From contig CAMTWZ010000021.1 of the NCBI GenBank assembly GCA_947085565.1, positions 6,025 through 70,024 on the forward strand: a stretch of 64,000 nt of DNA, given 5' to 3'. Source of the stretch: an uncultured Bacteroidota bacterium. Its GTDB lineage: Bacteria > Bacteroidota > Rhodothermia > Balneolales > HLUCCA01. Positions within the stretch are counted from its first letter, which is position 1; the number at the start of each line of letters is the position of its first letter. Of the stretch, positions 20,278 to 27,121 are shown in pieces. Under the pieces are notes generated by a model, which saw only the letters and a program-made list of their open reading frames with translations, was not told the origin of the DNA and did not search any database. Position numbers and translations under genes: made by a program.

Positions 20278-20347
20278 CTAGAATTTACTCTCGATTACGA
20301 AGTCGTACTTCTCGAAATGTCGTGCCATTCGGTATGCTGACATCTAG

Positions 20348-20367
20348 CCCCCGGTTTAAACCGGGGG
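20348..20367. repeat. REP-like 20-nt palindrome
   Basis: CCCCCGGTTTAAACCGGGGG. Confidence 0.6.
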
Positions 20368-20376
20368 TTGTAGATT

Positions 20377-20799
20377 TTAGGCGAATGGATTGATGATTCG
20401 CAAGCCATCTATGCTTTGCCCGTGTTGCAAATCTTCTGAATACAGTACGGAGCAACCTGATTCAAGTGCGGACGCGATGATCAATGAATCATAAAACGAA
20501 TATGACCATCTCTCTTGGATATCGAGAGCTTTGATGGTCAATCCCAGGCTCGAGTTTAATTGCCACATCGGAGACATGATGGACTCGACATACATTCTGG
20601 CGTCACTGTGTTTCAATGGTTTGCTGAACTTTTTGGTAGCGACATTCACAAACTCCTGAACCACTTGATAACTGATTCGAGCCGTAGTTGCTTCAGATGT
20701 CTTGTGAATCAGATCCAGAGCCACATCGCGTTTTCTCGAATCTCGGAGATCGAAGGAGTACACGAAGATATTCGTGTCTAAGAAAACTTTAGCGCTCAT
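20377..20799 (-). CDS. vapC: PIN-domain toxin (VapC family)
   Basis: VFLDTNIFVYSFD N-terminal PIN acidic motif. 140 aa. Overlaps the upstream small gene by 11 nt. Confidence 0.8.
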   Translation of the reverse strand: MSAKVFLDTNIFVYSFDLRDSRKRDVALDLIHKTSEATTARISYQVVQEFVNVATKKFSKPLKHSDARMYVESIMSPMWQLNSSLGLTIKALDIQERWSYSFYDSLIIASALESGCSVLYSEDLQHGQSIDGLRIINPFA

Positions 20800-21007
20800 T
20801 CATGTCATCCCGGGTGAAAGAACGTCCAGCTTCTGCATAAGAAAGTCGCTCCATGACCTCATTTAGACTCATTTTAGTCGATCCCGATGACGCGTAGCTC
20901 GACAGCCACTCTCTGAACTTTTCATTCAGAGTAGTCTTCTCCGTCATCGCTTTCAGTCGAGCTTGTTGGATGAGGGATTCTTCGGCACTAAAGGTGATGT
21001 TTTTCAT
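20789..21007 (-). CDS. putative antitoxin (VapB-like) of the PIN toxin
   Basis: 72 aa from the internal ATG (MKNITFSAEESLIQQARLKA...). Position and overlap with vapC support the call. The longer track ORF starts at a TTG inside repeat DNA. Confidence 0.55.
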   Translation of the reverse strand: MKNITFSAEESLIQQARLKAMTEKTTLNEKFREWLSSYASSGSTKMSLNEVMERLSYAEAGRSFTRDDMNER

Positions 21008-21133
21008 ATCGCACAATTTTCGTGTACACGAGTTTCGTGTAATGTACGTGGTAGAAGTGAAAAAGAAAAGGATGTGAGCACGGGTCCTACGCTTCCCCTT
21101 CGCGTTGCTCAGGGTAAAGCTCAGGACCAATGA

Positions 21134-21153
21134 CCCCCACCTTAAGGTGGGGG
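21134..21153. repeat. REP-like 20-nt palindrome
   Basis: CCCCCACCTTAAGGTGGGGG. Confidence 0.6.
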
Positions 21154-21181
21154 TTAGTGGAAGATCCCCGAATAGGGCGCT

Positions 21182-21212
21182 GTCATCCTGAGCCGCGAAG
21201 CGGCGAAGGACC
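21182..21212 (+). repeat. copy (forward orientation) of the TCATCCTGAG-hairpin-GAAGGACC element
   Basis: GTCATCCTGAGCCGCGAAGCGGCGAAGGACC, inverted relative to 20184-20213. Confidence 0.6.
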
Positions 21213-21265
21213 TAATCCCGCGATACCTCTCGAACCTACAGGCCTTTCGAAGTGCAGCCCTCTAA

Positions 21266-21285
21266 CCCCCGGTTTTAACCGGGGG
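21266..21285. repeat. REP-like 20-nt palindrome
   Basis: CCCCCGGTT-TT-AACCGGGGG. Confidence 0.6.
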
Positions 21286-21325
21286 TTGTTACGAATGAGT
21301 ATTTCCATTTGCTTTGAAATCTCTT

Positions 21326-21487
21326 TATAATTGCATCTAATGAACCCGATCAACATCATCAGCCCAACCCGCACCGAGAGGACCAAACGGACTCCGTCAG
21401 CGAAGGCTATGTCTTGAAGTAGGGAACAACCACATTCAATAAAGGCAGGATCTTCGCGGATTCTGCCTTTTTTTTTGCCCAACGCCC
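21326..21487 (+). promoter_or_regulatory. putative arginine leader-peptide attenuator, copy 1 (upstream of argG)
   Basis: 25-codon ORF 21340-21417 (MNPINIISPTRTERTKRTPSAKAMS) has Arg codons CGC, AGG and CGG within 7 codons. Segment 21400-21415 can pair with 21442-21457, which competes with terminator stem 21444-21452/21459-21467. A T9 run ends 11 nt before the argG ATG. TATAATTG at 21326-21333 resembles a Bacteroidetes -7 box. Confidence 0.65.
21441..21476 (+). terminator. intrinsic terminator of attenuator copy 1
   Basis: GGCAGGATC, loop TTCGCG, GATTCTGCC (9 bp including one GU), followed by TTTTTTTTT. Confidence 0.75.
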
Positions 21488-22690
21488 ATGTCATCACCCA
21501 TCATACTTGCCTATAGCGGAGGTCTGGACACCAGCTTCTGCATTCCTTACTTGAACGAAACCCACGGCGCGCCGGTGCATGCGGTCACGGTCGATTGCTC
21601 GGGCCTGTCGCCCGACGCGCTATCCGCCCTCGAAACCAAAGCCTTGGCCTACGGCGCGGCATCGTTCACTGCCATCGACGGCACACAAAGCATGTACACC
21701 GACATCCTGAGCTGGCTGATCCGCGGCAATGTGCTACGCGACCGCACCTATCCGCTGTGCGTAGGTGCCGAGCGGTTCATCCAGGCCGAAAAGGTCGTCG
21801 GGCATGCCAAATCCATCGGCGCCACGCGCATCGCCCATGGCTCAACCGGGGCCGGCAACGATCAGGTGCGATTCGATGTGGCGCTGCGCACCTTGCTTCC
21901 GGGCGTGGAGATCCTCACACCAATCCGTGATTTGCGTCTCACCCGGGCCTTCACCACGCAGTACTTGCGCGACCGCGGCTTCGAAGTCTCCGACAAAACC
22001 ACCCAGTATTCGATCAACGACGGACTCTGGGGCACCACCATCGGCGGAAAAGAAACCACGACCTCCGAGCAGGCGCTTCCGTTCGACGCCTTCCCGCATC
22101 TCAAAAACCCCGCGACATTCACAGAGCCCGCGGAAACGCTGACGATCGGGTTCGAACTCGGACTTCCGGTAAGCCTGAACGGCCAAGCGCTGGATTCCAT
22201 CCCGCTTTTGCAAGCCGTCCTAGACATCGGCCGGAAGCATGGCATCGGTCGGGGTATGCACTTGGGCGACACCATATTGGGCATCAAAGGTCGGATCGGG
22301 TTCGAAGCGCCGGTCGCCACCATCCTGTATGCCGCACACAAGGAATTGGAAAAACTCACGCTCACCAAATGGCAGCGCCACATCAAAGACCAATTGGGCG
22401 ACACCTACGGCATGTTGCTGCACGAAGGGCAGTATTTCGATCCCGTGATGCGCGACATCGAAGCGTTCTTGGAGCACTCGCAGCGCACGGTGACTGGCAC
22501 CGTGGATCTACACATCGGCAACGGGCAGGTGTTTCCGCTCGGGGCCGAATCCCCATTCAGTCTGATGAATTCGTCCATCGCCAAATACGGCGAAGAATCG
22601 AGCGGATGGACGGGTGAAGAGGCCCGCGCGTTCTCCAAGCTTCACGGAATGGCCACACAAATCGCTTATCAGGTTCAGAACCCGAAATAA
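21488..22690 (+). CDS. argG: argininosuccinate synthase
   Basis: AYSGGLDTS and HGSTGAGNDQVRF signatures. 400 aa. Confidence 0.95.
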   Translation: MSSPIILAYSGGLDTSFCIPYLNETHGAPVHAVTVDCSGLSPDALSALETKALAYGAASFTAIDGTQSMYTDILSWLIRGNVLRDRTYPLCVGAERFIQAEKVVGHAKSIGATRIAHGSTGAGNDQVRFDVALRTLLPGVEILTPIRDLRLTRAFTTQYLRDRGFEVSDKTTQYSINDGLWGTTIGGKETTTSEQALPFDAFPHLKNPATFTEPAETLTIGFELGLPVSLNGQALDSIPLLQAVLDIGRKHGIGRGMHLGDTILGIKGRIGFEAPVATILYAAHKELEKLTLTKWQRHIKDQLGDTYGMLLHEGQYFDPVMRDIEAFLEHSQRTVTGTVDLHIGNGQVFPLGAESPFSLMNSSIAKYGEESSGWTGEEARAFSKLHGMATQIAYQVQNPK

Positions 22691-22708
22691 ATGTGAACTA
22701 CATGTGAG

Positions 22709-23311
22709 CTACAGAGAATGGAAGATCGAATCATCCAGAAGAGTCTCAAGCTCGATAAGCCCAACCTTTCGAACAACGATATGTTCAGATTCAATCTGTG
22801 GGGTTTGTCTAAGTCTACCATAAGGCAGTTTTTGTGTAGAGTAGATTCGCTTCGCTATAATCACTTGAGGTGAGGCAGCATTGTGTGGATGATCCCAATG
22901 CTGCCAAAAATAACGCTGCAGTGCAATATTCGACAGAGAATTGCCAACAGAGATTTCATCGAATTCACTAAAAGAGGATAGGTATTTTAAACCATCAGAA
23001 ACCGAGTTTTCGATCGTTATACCAACAGAGTTGAATCGGTAACCCCGCTTATTCGATTCAATACGGTATCTATCTAAAGCTGAGGATAGTATGTCAGGTA
23101 ATTTAGACTCTTTGGATGAACTGCAAGTGGAGCTTCCAATAAATATTAGAACAATTTCATTCGCATCCGCAAAGGGATCTGCACCCTGAGTCTCATTAGA
23201 AGAACTTTGTGAAGTTGGCGACGAGAAGTTAATTGTCAAAAAGTGTGCGATGAAAAAAGCTAAAATCACAATTGATGCGTTTCGAGCATATACATACAAA
23301 TCAATTTTCAT
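22709..23311 (-). CDS. membrane-anchored hypothetical protein, possible thioredoxin-like fold with CxxS (AT-rich island)
   Basis: Start MKIDLYVYARNASIVILAFFIAHFL (N-terminal TM). VLIFIGSSTCSSS and the later SPQVIIAKR follow the order of the Trx-fold beta1-CxxC and cis-Pro elements. This is pattern-level only. Confidence 0.5.
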   Translation of the reverse strand: MKIDLYVYARNASIVILAFFIAHFLTINFSSPTSQSSSNETQGADPFADANEIVLIFIGSSTCSSSKESKLPDILSSALDRYRIESNKRGYRFNSVGITIENSVSDGLKYLSSFSEFDEISVGNSLSNIALQRYFWQHWDHPHNAASPQVIIAKRIYSTQKLPYGRLRQTPQIESEHIVVRKVGLIELETLLDDSIFHSL

Positions 23312-24521
23312 GAACCATAATAAGTGTAGGTTGAGGGTATGGAGATACAAACGTGATGGCTATATTTGACTTTAGAACCCCAATACGAGCAAAATCATGG
23401 GTATAGGTTAATTCTCCGGAATTGGTGTCTACTAGGATAGTATTAATGGAGTTATTATTGAGTGTCAAATTCTTTTTCTTGGCAAAAAAGTCTTGAGGTA
23501 ATCGATTCACAAATTGCAAAACTGAAAAAGTTCCTATGTCGGTTCTAGGGGTTGGGAGTTTGTGATGTAAGATGTCGGAATTTGTGTAAGAATAGAATGA
23601 AGGTCCTTCCGATGTCATCTCTTCCGTGAATTCAGTGCTTATGTAGCCATCTATTTTTGATATCCATTTTTGATTTCCATCTGTATCGTAACCAAAAATA
23701 TATGGGAAGTGACTAGGATAGCCTACAACAGTTTTTGTTTCATAATTGCAACTTATAAGCGTTTCTGACATTCTGCTGTTCAAAAAACCCCAGCCAGATT
23801 CAGAATTGTATGAGTAGCCAAAGGAAAAAGACGGATTTTGATTCGTCAGATCGAGTCGAAGAATCGGTGCTGTCGATCTGGCTTCACCTTGCTTCTTAAT
23901 TCCTTTGGAAACTGACTCAACATCATCTCGGATAATTCTGTGTCCACTAATGTACAAGTATGAATCGATTATGCAAATGTCAGTTGTTCGAATGATATCC
24001 AATAAGATTGTTTTGTGGTATTCAAATTTTAGATTGTTCCTAGTAAATACTTCGACTTTGTTGTAATCCAAGACATACAGCGACTCGTACTCTTTATCGA
24101 AAACAAAGGAATGGATGCGGAAAAATTCTCCAGGCCCGCGTCCAGCACGCCCAATCTCATATAAGTATGACCCGTATTTATCATAGACATTGATAGTGTT
24201 CCCATGATTTTGAACGATGTAAATATGACCTGTTAGATCGATGTCCATTTTGGGCGGAATACCATCAAAACTTAACTTTCTGGAGAAAATCGAGTCTTTT
24301 CCTATAACTGTAATCGGAGTGGATTCTAGTAAATAGGAAAATGTGTTGCGATAAACCACAGATGGATTTCGGATATCCAATCTGTGGTTTATCTCGTTAA
24401 CTTTTGGAAACTGCGAGTGATCCGGATGTGAAAACTTTCCAGATTTTCCACAACCCATAGCGATCATCCACAATAGAAGACTGGCAACTGTAGATGGACA
24501 AATATTCCTCATCAGTTTCAC
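23301..24521 (-). CDS. lipoprotein, 6-bladed beta-propeller family (GPGEF motif; BF3164/NHL-like)
   Basis: Lipobox MIAMGC. GRAGRGPGEFFRIHSF is the hallmark motif of the Bacteroides 6-bladed beta-propeller family as I recall it. Repeated beta-rich segments. Confidence 0.65.
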   Translation of the reverse strand: MKLMRNICPSTVASLLLWMIAMGCGKSGKFSHPDHSQFPKVNEINHRLDIRNPSVVYRNTFSYLLESTPITVIGKDSIFSRKLSFDGIPPKMDIDLTGHIYIVQNHGNTINVYDKYGSYLYEIGRAGRGPGEFFRIHSFVFDKEYESLYVLDYNKVEVFTRNNLKFEYHKTILLDIIRTTDICIIDSYLYISGHRIIRDDVESVSKGIKKQGEARSTAPILRLDLTNQNPSFSFGYSYNSESGWGFLNSRMSETLISCNYETKTVVGYPSHFPYIFGYDTDGNQKWISKIDGYISTEFTEEMTSEGPSFYSYTNSDILHHKLPTPRTDIGTFSVLQFVNRLPQDFFAKKKNLTLNNNSINTILVDTNSGELTYTHDFARIGVLKSNIAITFVSPYPQPTLIMVHEN

Positions 24522-24528
24522 TTATGAT

Positions 24529-24738
24529 TTAGGAACAGGGTACTCCACCACACTGTGCCCCATTATTGCCACCGCACTCACCGTATCCCATTGTGTAATC
24601 ACAAAATCCGTTTTTAACGTCAGGGTTGGAGAAGTTGCAGAGGCCACATGGTCCTAATGCACTGGCTCGATTATTCGAACCGGTAAAAATTCCAATTGCT
24701 ATCGCAATGGTAACAACTACAGCTAATTTTCTATTCAT
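24529..24738 (-). CDS. 69-aa Cys/Gly-rich secreted peptide precursor
   Basis: MNRK + LAVVVTIAIAIGIFTG + SNNRASA, then a 42-aa core with 6 Cys and 10 Gly (LGPCGLCNFSNPDVKNGFCDYTMGYGECGGNNGAQCGGVPCS). Ends 7 nt upstream of the propeller gene start. Confidence 0.6.
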   Translation of the reverse strand: MNRKLAVVVTIAIAIGIFTGSNNRASALGPCGLCNFSNPDVKNGFCDYTMGYGECGGNNGAQCGGVPCS

Positions 24739-24947
24739 ATGACTAGGTTTAAAAGGTTATTGAAACTACTCTGACTTTATAAAAAAAAAAGTTCTATTGC
24801 AACACGTCGACTCAACTATTTTTGACAAAAGAGGACCTGTGAAAAAAACATTTACAACTGAACATATGTGTAGGCTGAGGAACTCTTGACCAATAGTTAA
24901 GTTCAGCTGGAAAAAAATCCGCATTTCCATTTCCCTTCAAAAAGATT

Positions 24948-25106
24948 TATTATTGGGGATGTTCAACAAACTAGCACAAAGCCTCACCCGCACCGAGAGG
25001 ACCAAACGGACTCCGTCAGCGAAGGCTATGCCTTGAAGTAGGGAACAACCACATTCAATAAAGGCAGGATCTTCGCGGATTCTGCCTTTTTTTTTGATAA
25101 CCACCC
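24948..25106 (+). promoter_or_regulatory. putative arginine leader-peptide attenuator, copy 2 (upstream of the arg operon)
   Basis: 25-codon ORF 24959-25036 (MFNKLAQSLTRTERTKRTPSAKAMP). Positions 24986-25095 are 109/110 identical to 21367-21476. Antiterminator 25019-25034 : 25061-25076 (12 WC + 2 GU + 2 mismatches). Terminator 25063-25071/25078-25086 plus T9. ATG of the next gene 11 nt later. TATTATTG at 24948-24955. Confidence 0.65.
25060..25095 (+). terminator. intrinsic terminator of attenuator copy 2
   Basis: Same hairpin plus T9 as 21441-21476. Confidence 0.75.
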
Positions 25107-26177
25107 ATGACCATCGCACTCGAAACCATCACCGCCGACATCATCGCATCCAGTTCCGGATCGGTCAAGCTCACGAACCCCATCACATTGGCGAAAAATG
25201 TGGTGGCGCAGGAGGGATATTTGGTCGCAGTGCGCACGCTCGACGACAAAGACACCTACAACAAGCTCGAAATCACAACAGGGGAGTTCGTGACCTACGG
25301 TCCGGGTAAGATCGTGATCGGCGCTTTGGGCGAACGCCAGGCGTTGCGAGGCTACAGTGGCGTGATTCCACGTTCCGTGAAAGCGGGCGACATCCTGCAT
25401 ATTCTGAACATGGGTGGCATCATCGGGACGTGCCAATCGCCGCATCCGGATTTTGGTCCGGCGATGCGGGTGGAAGTCCTCGGTGCCGTGATGGTGAACG
25501 ACGATGGACACATGAAGCACGCCTGCATCCAAGATCACGCCATCGACTGGGTGTATTCTCTCGAAGCGACCGCGCCGTTGATCGGCGTGACCGGAACCGC
25601 GATGAATGTGGGAAAAACCATGGCCGCTTCGCAGATCGTGAAACATCTGGCGGACAAAGGATATAAAGTCGGTGCTGTGAAACTCACCGGTGCCTCGCTC
25701 ATGCGCGATGTGCGTTCGATGATGGATCAAGGCGCCGCGTTCTGCACCCATTTCTCGGAAGCCGGACTCGTCTCCACCACCGGAAAAAACATCCTTCCCA
25801 TGGCCAAGGGACTCATCCATCACCTGAATTCACTGAAGCCAGATGTGATTGTGATGGAATTCGGGGATGGGATCATTGGTCCGTATGGGGTGGATAGCTT
25901 GCTGATGGACAAGGAAATCCAGCGCAACATCACTTGTCATGTCGTGGCTGCGCAAGATTTCATGGGATGTTGGGCGGCGGATAACTTCTTCCGGAAGCGG
26001 TACAACCGGGACATTCACATTTTCACGGGTCCGGTGACCGATAACCTGGTCGGCATCCAGTTCATTCAGAACACGATGGGCATCCGCGCGGTGAATGCCG
26101 TCGCCGATTCGGCCACACTTGGCGCTTGGGTCGAAGAAATCGCGTTCAAGAAGCCACAGACGGAGGATTTCTTGTGA
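25107..26177 (+). CDS. uncharacterised P-loop (BioD/DUF1611-like GTxxxVGKT) protein, first gene of the arg operon
   Basis: 356 aa. GVTGTAMNVGKTMAASQIVKHLADKGYKVGAVKLTG and VIVMEFGDGIIGPYG resemble the deviant Walker A and the EGQG-type segment of DUF1611/dethiobiotin-synthetase-like folds. Translationally coupled to argC (GTGA at 26174-26177). Confidence 0.75.
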   Translation: MTIALETITADIIASSSGSVKLTNPITLAKNVVAQEGYLVAVRTLDDKDTYNKLEITTGEFVTYGPGKIVIGALGERQALRGYSGVIPRSVKAGDILHILNMGGIIGTCQSPHPDFGPAMRVEVLGAVMVNDDGHMKHACIQDHAIDWVYSLEATAPLIGVTGTAMNVGKTMAASQIVKHLADKGYKVGAVKLTGASLMRDVRSMMDQGAAFCTHFSEAGLVSTTGKNILPMAKGLIHHLNSLKPDVIVMEFGDGIIGPYGVDSLLMDKEIQRNITCHVVAAQDFMGCWAADNFFRKRYNRDIHIFTGPVTDNLVGIQFIQNTMGIRAVNAVADSATLGAWVEEIAFKKPQTEDFL

Positions 26178-27121
26178 AGCGTCATACCGTCGCCTTAGCC
26201 GGAGCCAGCGGATACACGGGGATGGAAGTGCTGCGGATCGCGATTTCGCATCCGGGTATCTCCATCACCGAATTGTATGGCGCGAGCTCGGCAGGGAAGA
26301 CCATCCAAGAGCTCGTCCCGGCGTTCGAAGGCTATTATGATCTTGTGATTGGCGATATCGCCACAATCTTTGATACCAACGCCGATGCGGTGATCCTCGC
26401 GCTGCCTCACGGCGAATCCGCATCCATCGTCGATGCGCTTCTCGCCAAGGGGTACAAAGGCAAGATCGTGGATATCGGCTCGGACCATCGCGCCGATTGC
26501 CGCGCCATCTACGGCTTGGTGGAAGCGTTCCGTGATAGTCTGGTCGGCGCCGATTTCGTGGCCAACCCGGGTTGTTTCGCCACGGCGATTCAGCTCGGCG
26601 TGAAACCGCTCAGCGATTCCGGACTCGTCGATCAGGTCTTTGTGACCGGAGTGACGGGTTCATCTGGTTCCGGAGCTACTCCTTCTACTACGACACATTC
26701 TTCGTCAAGAATAGGTAACCTCAAGGCGTACAAAGTGTTCGAGCATCAGCATTTGGATGAGGTCCGTCACACGGTCGGCATTCCGGTGAATTTCGTGCCG
26801 GTGAGCGGACCGTTCGTCCGCGGCATCTGGATCACCATCCAAGCCACATTAAACCAAGACGCGGATGTGGATGCGATCTTTGCAAACGCCTATGCCTCTT
26901 CGCCGATGGTGCGCCTTCGCAAAGGACTTCCCGAGCTCAAACCCGTCATCGGCACCAATTTCGCCGATATCGGATGGGTGGTAAAAGGAAATCATATTGT
27001 TGTTGGTGTCGCCATCGACAATCTCGGAAAAGGCGCGGCCGGACAAGCGCTTCAAAACCTCAATCTCATGCTGGGTCTGCCCGAAACCACGGGACTGCTC
27101 ACACCTCCGCAACTGTTATGA
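26174..27121 (+). CDS. argC: N-acyl-gamma-glutamyl-phosphate reductase
   Basis: ALAGASGYTGMEVLRI NAD fold. Active-site NPGCFATA. GTG start overlapping the upstream stop. Confidence 0.9.
   Translation: MKRHTVALAGASGYTGMEVLRIAISHPGISITELYGASSAGKTIQELVPAFEGYYDLVIGDIATIFDTNADAVILALPHGESASIVDALLAKGYKGKIVDIGSDHRADCRAIYGLVEAFRDSLVGADFVANPGCFATAIQLGVKPLSDSGLVDQVFVTGVTGSSGSGATPSTTTHSSSRIGNLKAYKVFEHQHLDEVRHTVGIPVNFVPVSGPFVRGIWITIQATLNQDADVDAIFANAYASSPMVRLRKGLPELKPVIGTNFADIGWVVKGNHIVVGVAIDNLGKGAAGQALQNLNLMLGLPETTGLLTPPQLL

Noticed and set aside
21340-21476. Riboswitch or T-box interpretation of the duplicated arg leader
   Set aside because: It is too short, about 110 nt. I could see no specifier-loop or T-box sequence and no multi-helix aptamer. 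The in-frame 25-codon ORF is conserved in length even outside the repeat, which fits ribosome-mediated attenuation better.
21183-21497. Minus-strand ORFs 21183-21497 and 24937-25119, which share KKKGRIREDPAFIECGCSLLQ.IAFADGVRLVLSVRV
   Set aside because: The shared peptide is simply the antisense reading of the duplicated 110-nt attenuator element. The plus strand has a coherent leader ORF/antiterminator/terminator logic. The ORFs diverge or run into unrelated repeat DNA outside the repeat.
22700-24958. Prophage or integrative-element interpretation of the AT-rich island
   Set aside because: It holds only three genes. None is phage-like, and there is no integrase, transposase, att-like direct repeat of its own, or tRNA. 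The flanking direct repeat is the functional arg leader rather than an att site, although recombination between the leader copies remains possible.
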